Shown one piece after another: positions 1-14,086 of a DNA stretch of 64,000 bases. The position numbers and the translations under genes are program-made. Position 1 is the stretch's first letter; the number at the start of each line of letters is the position of its first letter. Source of the DNA: the human T2T-CHM13v2.0 reference genome, Homo sapiens. The stretch lies in the NCBI RefSeq assembly GCF_009914755.1, contig NC_060926.1. One strand, given 5' to 3'. A model generated the notes under the pieces. That model did not search any database and had not been told where the DNA came from. It worked only from the letters and a program-made list of their open reading frames with translations.

Positions 1-9
1 ATTGTCTTT

Positions 10-640
10 TCACTCATTTGCTTATTCTAGTAATAAATATTCACTAGGCGACACTGTGGCCGGCACTCTTCTAAGCACTGGAAATGAGCCGTGAATAAAA
101 CAAACATCCTGCCCTCCTGGAGCTTACAGTCCAGGTGGGGGAGAAAAGAATAAGCAAGTGTCTAAGTAACATGCATGTCAGATGGGGAGAGGGGTTGTGG
201 AGAAAAAGAAAATGGGGAAAGGCAACGGGGAGCCCGAGACGGGAGGATGACGTAATTTTCAATGGGGAGGTTGGGGAGGTCACAGAGAAGGTGACATGTG
301 AGCAAAGACTTGAAGGAGCTGAGGAGTGAGCGGAGGCCTCAGGAGGTGTCAAGGGTCCTGAAGCTGAAGCATCTTGGCAGGTTTGAGGAATGCCAAGAGG
401 CCAGTGTGGCCAGAGCTGAGAGGACGGGAAAAGTGGGAGGAGATGGTGTGAGAGCGGTGTGGAGGCTGGCGGAGCACAGGCCAGCATGGAGGCATTGGCC
501 TCGACCCCACCTTGGGGTGTCATGTTAAGGGGACCCACCTCCTGGGCTTTCGGGGCAGGGCAGACATGATGGACCTGTTGGGAGGCTGTTGCAATAATCC
601 AAGTGGGAGGGGATGGTGGTTTGAACTAGGTGGTAGCAGA
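10..640 (-). mobile_element. L2 LINE 3' fragment
   Basis: Degenerate antisense L2 3' end (…ggcactcttctaagcactgg…tgccctcctggagcttacagtccag…). Confidence 0.7.
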
Positions 641-2122
641 GAAGGGTTTTGAACCATTTACTCGAATAAACTCTTTAGAATTTTATTGTGCCTCAGTTTA
701 CCTTTTAACAGAATTCAGATGAGAAATCTAGGCTGGAGATACAACTTCAGTCCCTGAAATACAGAGTTTAAAAACTCCAGATCTGGTGCATCCTTTTGTT
801 TTAGAGACGGGTTACCGAGTCCCCCCAGAGGGTAGCAGGTGTCTTTTCTAGGCATGCCTATGGCAGAGCTAAGACTAACAGTCACTTCCTGATTTCCCAT
901 CGAGGAATGTGTGTAAACTCAGGTACCATTTTGAACTTCCCTTTGCATTTAGATTTGGAATACACTTGGTCTTGTTTCTCGTTCCAGAGATTTCCCTCTG
1001 TTTCTCTTTTCTCAGCCCTTCACATTCTCCCCGTGCCTCTGCTTATCCAACCCCATTTCTTCTTTTGGGGTTGCATTCAATTGATAGAGCACTTGGACAT
1101 CCTGGGAGACAGATTGCCACCACCAATGTCCAGTGACCCTTCCAGGCCTTGTGTAAGTGCAGCCTTCTCCAGCCGCCTGGAAACCCCCCAGCTGGTGGGA
1201 TACCTACATTCTCAACCACACAGCAGCTCGCTTTTAGAATTTGGCCCCTACTTTCCATTGTGGTTATGTTGGGATGGGCCACTGGCACACAGCAAGCGCC
1301 TAGAACTTGCTGAAGAAACAGATGCAGGAATGAAATGACCAGGTGAGCGTGCCTAGGTCTTTGGTGAGCTTTGGCCTGTTCTGGGCTTCATCAATGTGCT
1401 GAGGATCCCCGACCCCGCTTTTGGCACTTATCATGTGATCATGACAACCCCTGGGCTGTCCCTTTGAGAAAGCCCTGCCCAGCGTGGGTGGGATGTGCCT
1501 GGAGAAGGGGGAACCAGAAAGTGGGTGGGCCCAAGAGCAATCAAGAGGTGCTCTGTAGTTAGCCCCCAGGGTGAAACAGGAGAGGAGGGCTAGAACGCTG
1601 GGTTGGACGGACTCCGGGAAAGATGGAGGCTGGTGGGGAAGGACGGTGCTGGAGGGTCTGGCACACCTGAGGCCTGTGTGTATTGGCCCTGGACAGAGGT
1701 TGTGTGGTGACTTTTGTGGATGGGTTGTCCTCGTTTAAAGGGACAGGAACAGGGTGGGTAGCCATGGCCTGGGCACCACGGGCAGAGCACACACCCGCGG
1801 GAAAGAGCACTCTCCTTCTCATGCGAGCGAGCAACGAGATGCCTGTGGCTGTGTTCCGAGGGAGTCTGACGCTCACCTTCTGCTCTCATCACTCCTATGT
1901 GAGGACCCATGAATACGCCCCTCACAGTGTTTGCAGTTGGAATGTGTGTCCATTAGTGATTAATCGATATGGGTCCTTTTGTGGGTAAGTAGAGCCCAGG
2001 CACTCACCTTTCCTCTTCTGCCCCAGCTGCTGGGGGCAGAGTTTTGTTTGGTGCTCAAAGGCAGGATTATCTGTGGTCTAGATTTCAGGAATCATTCTCT
2101 CCACTCCCTCCCAGCATTCTGA

Positions 2123-2426
<304 letters not shown>

Positions 2427-3744
2427 CTGATCCTGATCTGTTTTTAAACAATTCTATTACCCAGTTTTGTTTTTCATCATGCTTCTTGAGATCCTTCTAG
2501 GCCTTGATAAAGTATATAAGAAAATAATACTGAAAGTTTGAAATAAATACGACTGTGAGACTCTTGTAAGATGCTCTGCGGCTGGGCTCAGGGAGGGGCA
2601 GGGGGATGTGATATCTCCTATAGCATGGACAGCAAGGCAGGGACAGGGGGCTTTGTCTCTGAACTTGGGAAGAGTTTGTTATTACTAGGATGAAGAGAAT
2701 GAGACTCTGTAGAGGGGAGAATTGCATTTAGTAGGAGAGAAATACAGAGAATCTGAACAGTTCAGAGAATCTGGCTCTATCCCTGACCAAGTGGTTTTGA
2801 CCAGGCCTGCAATACATTTGTAGCAATGACACCTTCCCCATAGGGCTGTCCATAGACTGCGTGAGACCCTGTGTGGATGCTGCAAGCACAGGGGTGCCCT
2901 CAAAAGTAGCCAAGCTCACCAACACTCACGGGGGAGGCAGCATTGGAGACCAGCCTTATCAGGTGGGTGGCTTGTGACATGCACTTTTATTAAATGAGGC
3001 CATGGCAGGGCCGCAGCTAAGTCTCTGCAGTTTATGGTCTGCATGGAGTGCTGGCCGAGAGGACACCGGGGGCTGAAACCCAACCTGTGCTTGACTCATC
3101 ACGCCCTCCGGGCTCTGGGACTGAAGCTGGCTGGGACATTGAAGGGGAAAGGGCACCTTGTTGAAATTTGTCCACCCAGAGGTCCTCTTTGTTAATTCTG
3201 CCTGGAGGGACTCTGAGTGTCAGTGGTGGCCCAGGGAGTTGAGCCTCTCCATAGTTCTCAATGCTTCACTCTCCGACGCGGAATTCTTGTTATAGCTGAA
3301 AATATCTGCAGGTCCCTGTCTATAAATGGAATAAGAATGGAGCAACTGCTGGAGATAAAAGGACGGAGAGCTTGGAGCCCTCCCTTCTCAAGCTTCCTTT
3401 CTTTTTCCTACATCAACCCTGCCACCTCCTTGCCAGCTCCACCCTCCCTCTCCCCACAGTCACCCCAGGGCTCCTTGCAACATCCTTTGAAACTCCTAGA
3501 GGAAGTAACCTCCCAGAGCTACCACTCTGGAGTTGCAGGCTAGAATTCTTTTCAGAGCAGCACGGAGTAACAGTCTTCAGACTTCAGGACTGAGACTCTC
3601 TGCATGGCAGTGGCTGGGAGGATCCAGTTTCCACGCCCTGCTGTATTTTTCAGGCCCCACCTGTTCCTCATTTACCCCGTAGAAGTGCAGCCCTTCGCAG
3701 AAACATCTTGCGGTCGCTCGGGTCCCGGTGTCCTGGCCCAGAAA

Positions 3745-3763
3745 TACCCTCTAGAGGGCGCTG
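3745..3763 (+). promoter_or_regulatory. Candidate CTCF site
   Basis: TACCCTCTAGAGGGCGCTG fits the CTCF core (consensus TGGCCACCAGGGGGCGCTA) and sits in a small CpG-retaining patch (about 3700-3820). Confidence 0.7.
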
Positions 3764-4779
3764 TCACGCTGAGACCCGGGACAGGACGCACCGGCGCGAA
3801 TCAGGGCCCCTCGCCACAGGGGAGTGTTGACAAATGGAAAATGAGTTAATACATACAACATTTTCAGCCGATAATAAGAGAGTTTTGTTGAAATTCTTGA
3901 GTGAATTCTCTTTATCTAAGGATAAGGTGATTTGAGTTTCAAAACAGTTCAAAATAAAGGAGAAAGGGACTTGGCTAGTCGGTTTCTTCACCTGATTTGA
4001 CCCAGGCAGAAATTGAGTTATTAATAGCCATTTGATAGGCACTTCGCAGTTAATGGTGAAGCAAGACGGGATCAAGTTCTAGTTTCTACCCAATTAGAAA
4101 TGCCCACTGGGTGAGAGGTCACCAGATACAAAGAAAAGGAACAGCAAGTCTTCTATGCTGAACACTGAATTTGAGCAGCCGACTTGTATAATGGTATTTT
4201 GCAAACACGACTTATTCCAAATTTATGGATAATTCAAAGTGCTTCGAAAATGAACAATGTCCAGGTTGATTATTGTTTTTGTTTACCGAGTGCTCTCTCT
4301 CCATGCCAGGGCCCTATGAGACATTTTCCATATTTTGTCCTACCGATCCTTGTAAGAAACACACAGGTGATTCTTAGCCTCAGTTTACACATGGAGGAGC
4401 TTTGAGAGATTAATGAACTGCCCTGGTCGTTTCAAAGTATTCTGATTTTTTCGCATGAATTGCTGATGGCTAAGGCTTTGCCATCTGGAAGTTCTACAAT
4501 GGACTTTTGAGGCTTAGTATATTTGTCTTCAATATCATCTTGTTGGTTTTAGACCTGACGAGGTCCTTTCAGATTTTGATTTTGTTATCCAACATACTGA
4601 TTTTGTGACTTTTAAAAATCTGACTGACTTGCTTTCTTTTCTTGACTTCTGTTGAATTTATAATTTTAAAATATAATTTTTCTATCCTCTTTTCTGTTTT
4701 TGCTCAGTTAATTCCATAATCACAGAACAAAATTATATTCTTTTAGTGGTTCTCCTTAGCTTTTGAAAACATACCTATA

Positions 4780-6250
<1,471 letters not shown>

Positions 6251-7440
6251 TTTTTTCTCTCTCCTTTAATACCCCTCACACCAACTCCTAGTCCTTTGTT
6301 CTCTAGCAACAAGGCTGGGTGATTTGAGGGTCCACCCTCAGTCCTGTGGTTTGTAGTTGCCTCCCCAGGTCCGGGGGCACAGTCCAGAGCCAGGCCTTAT
6401 AACAGCACTTCCAAGCTCCCGTCTTACAGTGATATGGGGAAATCTGGGCTCTGAATGAAGCAGCCTTTGGTTTCCTTCCTGCTTGAAAGGTTGGGTCACT
6501 TCCCTCTATTGCCTTGGCCCTAAGCAGTAGGGCTGCAGACATGTTTAAGCCTCTTTTCACCAGCATAGGAAATCCCTTCCCAGGATTACCTTCAGTGTGA
6601 AGCCTGGCTCCCGTGTCCCATCTGTGCTTTCCTCCTCAGGTGCTGACCTCCAGCCATTACCTCTTTCCAGGCCAGAGACTGTGCCGGGCCTGTGGCTTCA
6701 GCTCCATTCACCATGCACACTTCTAATCTGTCTTTGGTTCTTGCACACTGACTGCTGTTGGAGCCCGGCTATGTCATATTTGCTTATCCATTGATATACT
6801 GTGGGCTTGGATCAGAGGGGGTGATTCAAAATACAAGTTCACTATACCATCTTGACCATGAGCCACAAGCATGCTTTCTCTCCCACTTCAATATTGATCA
6901 AATATCTAAGAAGGAAAGAAAGAATAGAGCCAGTGGCCTGGCATGAGAAGCCTCCATCCAAGTTGATTTCCATATTTCTTAGAAATAGGAATGTCTAAAT
7001 GCTGTGCTTGATACACTATTACCCAACCCAGGTTATCCAACTATCCTTTAGAGCATCATGAAAGATCTTATCAAATGCTTCTCTGAAACCCTGACCTACA
7101 ATGCGAGTGTGTGTGTGATTCCCTTGATTTGCCAATCTAACTATTCTATGAAAATGGAAAGCCTTTTCCTTAGCAGAGTTGTTACTGTGAGTTCTGGGGG
7201 CTGTCACTTTCTTACAGGCTGTTACCCTAACCCTAACCCTTGTTTTCCGATCTGAAGAATGACTCACTTGGGGGAACCCAGGATGAAGTCCACACACTGA
7301 ACATACCTTGCTGTGCATCCTAAGGAAATGCTGGCATATGTAAAGCAAAAAGGCATCTGTCCTTACTGCCCCAGGGATTTTGAATATTTTTGCTTTCTGT
7401 GAAAATGCCACTAGAAAGTTTGGTCCCCTTTCCTTCTTGC

Positions 7441-7486
7441 CTTGGCACATACTTGGCACATACTTGGCACATACTTGGCACATACT
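7441..7486 (+). repeat. Perfect 11-bp tandem repeat (CTTGGCACATA)x4
   Basis: Four exact units at 7441, 7452, 7463, 7474. Confidence 0.97.
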
Positions 7487-8329
7487 GGCTGTGTGGCTTC
7501 AGTAAGTCACTCTGCACTTGGGTGGCGTCATCTGTAAAATGGGTTGCTGTGCAGATTAAACAAGGCAGTGCAGTGGTTCCCAAATACTAGAAACTCCTGG
7601 GAGCTTTGCAATGTTCCGGGTTCTACCCCTGTTGATGTTGACTCAGTAGATTTGAGTGGGGCCTGGGAATATGTAACGCTAGTGAATTCTTCAGTTGAAT
7701 CTGATCTTGTGGCATAAGTTTCTAAAGTGCTTAGCAAATAGTGCTTAGCAATAAGGAGCACGATACGTGCCCTACACATGCGTCCACCTCCTTCTTTCCT
7801 CCCCCACCTGCTGTCTCCTCTGCTTTCCTCCCAGGTACATGGTGCTCTGGGTGTTCCCAGTTTGTGTCACAGGAGAAAACCATAGGACAAAAATCATTTA
7901 AATTGCCCTTCTCCAGATGTTTTTGATGAAAATAGTCAGAAAAAAGGACAATGCTTACCTCAAAGTTTTCATTTAAATTCTACCTCCAGATATCAGGCCT
8001 ATCCTCTTCCCTTTGTTAAGCCCCATGATACAGAGATAAATAGGATTCTGGCTCTGCCCCTGAGATCTTAGGAATATATTTTCAGCCTGAGAAATTTAAG
8101 GCATTGAGGCCAGCTGAAGTTGGAGAGAAATATTATTTTTGGGTAGGGACTGGCCAAATCCTACCCTAGAGGCTTTCTCTAGACTTGGGCCCAGTTTTGA
8201 TTGGAAGGAAGATTCAGGGTCACTGTGACAGACAAGATGGGTCCGATAGGTGGAGCTAGAGAGTCGGAGAAATAGAAAAGGCGGGGCACTCGTCCTCAAG
8301 GTCCCAGCAAGGCCAGGTACAGTCGTGGT

Positions 8330-8700
8330 CCAAAGGTCTGTCAGAATCACCTGAACAACATTTTTTTTTTTTTTTTTGAGATGATGGAATCCTAGGTCCA
8401 GCTGAAATTTCTGGCATTGAGCCTTGGGCATGTTTAGCAAATTGCCCATGTGACTCTGATGTGCAGCCAGGCTTGGGAAACACTGATCTAGAGATCCCAG
8501 AATTTTCTAACGTGACCCGGGCACTCTGCTGAAAGATCTGGTCAGCAGTCTGAGCTGGTCTAAATCTAGAGCCCTGCACTATTCGGAGGAGCTAATGAGA
8601 AATGCTGACTCCCAGGCCCCACCTTGGACCTGCTGAATCAGAATCTGCATTCTCAACAAGCACCCCCTTCGGTGGTTCGTAGTTTCCTCGTGGTGTGAGT
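8330..8700. mobile_element. MER5-family hAT-Charlie remnants
   Basis: Typical MER5 motifs (cccaggccccacc…ctgctgaatcagaatctgcatt; gatgtgcagccaggcttgggaaacactg). Confidence 0.6.
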
Positions 8701-8896
8701 GGTCACCTGGCACAGAGCTTCTTGTTTATATCTGAAACTATCCCTACCATGGGCACTCCCTGAGACAGGGATCACATTTTGCCCTTGGCACCTCTCTGAG
8801 CCTCAATTTCCTCATCTTCAATGGGGGTGGCAATGATATTTGCTGTACCTCCCTCTCAAAGTTCGTAGGGGCACTAATGTCTGACTCCCACATTAG

Positions 8897-9288
<392 letters not shown>

Positions 9289-10189
9289 TAAAATTTCTGC
9301 ATGCCCAATGCCTAGCATTGCATGAATTAGTCATTTTGGAACAGAATGATAGAACCCTTGAAACAGAAAAGACTTCATAGATTGTACAGAATAATCCACT
9401 CCAAGAATGTGTGAAGAAACTAAGGTGAGGTTTAGGTTGTTATTGTTACTCGAGCCTATCTGAGAGGCTCATGCAAGGATTCAAAGAGCACGCCACCATG
9501 GCTTCTAGTCTCCATGATGTCCTTCTTCTTCCTTGACTCTTCAGAGCTCAGCTCTGCTCCAGCATCTTGGTAAAGCTCCTCTGACCCCTCTGGCCACTGC
9601 CACTTCCGTGCCCTCTGAACTTCTGCAGCATTGAGTGTCTGTGTCACGTGTTTGCCTGCAAATCCTGGGCTGGTTTCCTTCTACCTTCTGTCCTTGTGTA
9701 TGTTTCTGAAGCTTGCAGCGCTATATCATAATGCGCCTACCAAGTTCTCTGAAGATGAGTCCATGGTCCTTGGTGTACCCCCATCTGCTTCCCAGCCCAG
9801 CACCTAGCACAGGGCTGAGCACATGATAGGCATGGCTAAGTTTTAAAATATCTGTTAATTTTATACTCTGGGTTCTCTTCAGATTGCATGCATCTTTTGC
9901 CTTTTACTAAACATCTGTTAATTTTGTTAAAATATAAAATCTCTCACACATACAAAAGTTATAAGAAATAATATAAAAAATTCCTGAATCCTCACCACTA
10001 CGTTAAGAAATATACAAGCAGTATTACAGCCGAGGTTTTCTATGAACCCATTTTCTCCACCCATTTTTCTCAGCATCCATGAATCTCGATGATCATCCAT
10101 CATCTGGGCTGTCACATGGCTTCTTTGGTGCTCCTGCCCATGAAATAAATACCTGAAAACCAAGGCCCCAGGTGGTCATGAGGCTACAG

Positions 10190-10660
10190 TTCATTCAATT
10201 CAGTCGCTGCAGAATATTTATTGAGAGCCTATGATGTGCTGATGACTGTGTTGGGAACTTGGAGTACTTTGGTGAACAAATCTGCCAAATATAATATATC
10301 GAACAAAACAACTCAAAAGTAAACACCGCCTTCATGGAGTTCACATGGTGGGCAGTTCATAAACAATTAATATAGTAAATATGTAAATGATAGAACATGC
10401 CCAAGGCTAAAAGTGCAATGGAAAAAAATGAAGCAAGGTACAAGGACCAGGGATTCGGACAGGGAAGGGCCAACCATGGTCGGCAGCTTCATTGAGTAGA
10501 TGAGATCTGAATGAGACTTGGGGATGAGGGAGCTGGCCATTTGATTTTGGAGGAAAGGAGTTGCAGGGGGAGGAAAAGCCAGTGCAGAGGCCCTAAGGTG
10601 GAGTATTTGAGGAATATGAGGAGCTCAGCATGGCTGGAATGGAGGCAAGAGAGGGCATCT
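10190..10660 (-). mobile_element. L2 fragment
   Basis: ttcattcaattc…aatatttattgagagcctatgatgtgc antisense L2 3' end. Confidence 0.7.
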
Positions 10661-10664
10661 AGAG

Positions 10665-11045
10665 ATGCAGTCAGGGTATGAGGGGCAGGGGAGGAGCAGA
10701 TTGGTTAACTTCAGGTTCTTTCCTCACATGGGTTAAAGCAGAGGGGATCTCCCTATTACGCCAGCTTAGGGTAGCTGGGCCCCTTTTGACTGATTGCTGT
10801 GAAATTCTGTTTTTTTGTTTTATTTTTGTTTTTGCGGGTGGCCAGAGGGAAGCTGGCCTGTTTAAGGATTTAGCTATCATCTCTGTCTTGATTTATTGGC
10901 AGTTCAGATCTCACAAGGAAACAGCTTAGGTTTTGGTTTGGTGAGTGGAACCTTAGCATGAGTGACTCCATTTTGGGTTGGTCTGTTGGGACCTAGTGCA
11001 GGAGCTCAGTCCAAATCAGTATCCTCCCATAGATTTTTTTGACCA
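10665..11045 (-). mobile_element. ERV LTR remnant (family uncertain)
   Basis: catgagtgactccattttgg…ggagctcagtccaaa motif typical of antisense LTR 5' ends. Confidence 0.45.
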
Positions 11046-11184
11046 CTATAAATGTGGTCTGAGTTTTGAAGTATAACTGATAAAACATGTTTCTCCTCTC
11101 TACCCAGTGGCCAGGCCCTTTCCCACTGCTGTGAGGTCGGCAGCATCCTTCACCATCCTATGGCTCTGACAGTTGCTGACTCTC

Positions 11185-11433
11185 CTTTTTTTTTTTTTTT
11201 TTTTTAATTTTACTTTAAGTTCCAGGATCCATGCGGAGAACATGCAGGTTTGTTACATAGGTATACATGTGCCATGGGGGTTTGCTGCACCTATTGACCC
11301 GTCCTCCAAGTTCCCTCCCCTTACCCCCGCCCCCAAACAAGCCCCAGTGTGTGGTGTTCCCCTCCCTGTGTCCATGTGTTCTCATTGTTCAATTCCCACT
11401 TATGAGTGAGAACATGTGGTGTTTGGTTTTCTG
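11185..11433 (-). mobile_element. Severely 5'-truncated L1PA (3'UTR only), 13-bp TSD GTTGCTGACTCTC
   Basis: Poly-T, antisense L1PA 3'UTR; TSD at 11172-11184 and 11439-11451. Confidence 0.93.
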
Positions 11434-13279
11434 ATGGGGTTGCTGACTCTCGAATGAGCTGCTCGAGGGAAGGATAAGGTGCAGTTCATGCCAGAATCCC
11501 CAGCTTCCCATGCAGGCTGGGGACATAGTGGGTTCTCCTGAAATACTGGGTCACTTGAATTTGATATGATGTATATATATTCACCTCTAGTCCATAGGTA
11601 CATATAGTCTATATATTAAAAAGACATTGGATTTTGACTTAAACTAGATGTTTCTCAAGCAGCACCAAGACGGTGCTAGAGCCTGGGTTTGGCCAGAGAA
11701 TTGGGTCCCGGTCAGAAGTGAGTGGGGATGGCTGGCGAGCAAGGTGTCTGTAGGGCAGCACAGGATGTCTGGTGAGCAGACAGCAAGCTTCTGTCCTGCC
11801 CCGAGTGCTGAGGAGCGAGGTGACTGCCTACATGGTGATGCAAAGATTTGGGCACGCTTCCGGCTTTCAGGCCAAACAACTCCTCGCTTGCTCCATGGCA
11901 CCACTGATCCCAGCAGTGGCCCGAGGGAGCTCCTTCCTGCTGCTTCATGCTCTGACACTTTGGGGGGCTCCTTTCCCCACCACGTGGGTCTCCTGTCAGC
12001 CTCGAAGTGTCCTGCGCCCCTCCCTGGCTACGCCCAGGTGTGCCTCCCCTGGCCGCACCTCCTCTGTGCTCCTGCGTCTCTCTGTTCTTCTTTAGAGTGG
12101 TTCTGCACGTCAGCAGCATCTGTGGTGTGGGCCTGGGACCCTTCAGAACAGGGGCTCCTGCCCAGCCTCTGGGTCCCCCACCTGTGGCCCAGGGAAGGCT
12201 CTTTGTTCCTCAGCCCCAAGCTGTATCTGGTGAGAACAGATGCGTAGTCCCGGAGCTCAAGTTCTGGGAAGGGCAGTGCCCTTTTCTGTGGGGCCCTGGG
12301 CTTGTTCTGCATTGTTTCTAAGAGGAGCTGCCACTCAAATAGGCAGCCCTGCAATCGGAGGGCTGCGTGCTCCCCCTGATCAGCCCCCAGCTGCTTCTGG
12401 ATACAACCGCACTACCCAGATGCTTCCTGGCCTCGCCCAGCTCTTGTGCTCCTGGCAGCCCTGAGCTCTGTCTTTGCTCCAGGCTGGAACAGCAAGCAAG
12501 CAGCTCCTGGTGGCCTGTGGCCAGTGCAGGAGGAACAGGAAGCAGCCCCCGTGGGCCACTGTGGGGCTGCACCAGGAGCTGTGCTCGGCTCCTGCTTCTC
12601 CCTGGTTTGGCCTAGAAGCTGGAAGTCTGCCCGAATCTGTGCGTCGTGTCTTGGGAATTCATCCCTTCCTCCCTAGCACTTGGGTGCCCAGTGCTTGCTG
12701 AACCGTGGTGACCTGCTGACTCCTTCCCTTGCCTGCCACTGGTAGTGACCTGGCCTGGGGACAGGGAAAGGACGCCCATTCATTGGCAGGGTGAGTGGAG
12801 AAGTGCTTGGTGGGCTGGTTTTGCAGCCACTGAAAACCTGAATCACACTGAGTCATCCTGTTGGCCTTGCTGGTGTGTGAGTGCTGGCAGAGTCTGGGTA
12901 CCAAATGCCCCGGGCCTTGTGTCCTTCCCCATTTACAACCCCCTCCTCCCCACCTCACCAGGCCAGGGAACAAGCCCTACCGCACATTACATGGAAGCGA
13001 GTGTGCTCAGAAATGCAGGTTCTCCCGAGGGGCAGCCCTCAGTCACAAGCCAGACTAGTCACGCACCCCCGGCTGTGGGTGGCTTCCTGACCCAGAAGTG
13101 CCCAGTTTTGCCTACAGTCCTGGTGGAGCCGGTGGTGGTCAGAGAGTTTCACTGTCTCCAGCGCTGTGTTGTCGTTTCTGTCAAGCGATGGGCCCATTTC
13201 TGTCTAGAGCCCCTCTCTCAGGTCCTGATCCTGCTGGGATGTTGGTGTCTGTGACCCAGAATAGCTCAGTCAGGGGTGT

Positions 13280-13670
13280 GCGGGGCGGCTCCGGTGGCCA
13301 TCCTCACTTGACGTCATGGCAAGCCCTGACTCAGGCTGTCTGTTCTCCCCTGGCCGGGCCCAGATGAGCCGCACGTGGCCCTCATTCCTGACAGCTTTGC
13401 TGCAGGTTGCAGCTGTCTCAGGAGACCAGATGCTTTGGGAGAAGGCACTGGATGTACTTGAAGTCAAGGGGCTGTGTCCGAGTTCTGTATTTAAAAATCC
13501 TCTTTAGAGTCAAGGCTTCTGTGACTGGCTGCCACGTCCTACGCCTCTTCCGGGAAACCTAGGAACAGCACACAGTAGCAGGGACAACACCACGTGGCTC
13601 CAACAGTTTCAGAAACAGCTGTTTCTTCATGTTCCTGGTGCTATTTCTGCAGAAGAACCCACTCACGTGT
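13280..13670. promoter_or_regulatory. Candidate intronic enhancer: GC box, CRE, AP-1, three CACGTG E-boxes
   Basis: GGGGCGG 13282-13288, TGACGTCA 13309-13316, TGACTCA 13327-13333, CACGTG at 13372, 13591, 13664. Confidence 0.5.
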
Positions 13671-14086
13671 GAGCTGGTGGATCAGGCCCAGGTTGTTAAA
13701 AGCTGGTCTTCTAGATTGCCCGACACCATGCCTCTGAACACGGAGTGAATTCCTTTCTTCCGCGTTATGAAATACACAGTGTTTTTATCAGGACTCCCGC
13801 TGCTGGGCACTTCTATTTAAACAGAATAAGCTTTGTTGATTAGGGTCCTTCTCATGTGGAATCTCTGGTATTTTGGACGAGGTCAGGGCTTTGCACATTT
13901 TGTGAGCAGAAGGTGGGTCAGGGAACTTAGGAGTCTAAATGATGCCTATCAGCTGTCTCTCTGGTGTGTCAGCCTGAGCCAGTGGTTGGCCTTGGGCCCA
14001 CTGCCTGAGCTCACACCCTGCCTGTAGAACTTGTGCCTCCTTCAAATCAGCGTCCCCTTTGGGGAAAATATATGGAGGCCATGAAT

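Noticed and set aside
7224-7240. CCCTAACCCTAACCCT telomere-like motif
   Set aside because: Under three units; expected by chance.
7441-7486. Short direct repeats as a CRISPR-like array (also the 99-bp duplication)
   Set aside because: No spacers, no cas genes, primate context.
9849-9925. Direct repeat ATCTGTTAATTTT about 60 bp apart
   Set aside because: Short and AT-rich with no recognisable element between; cannot be called a TSD.
11644-13507. Cluster of 100-199 aa ORFs on both strands; possible processed pseudogene
   Set aside because: No recognisable protein, no poly-A or TSD bounding the block; explained by GC content.
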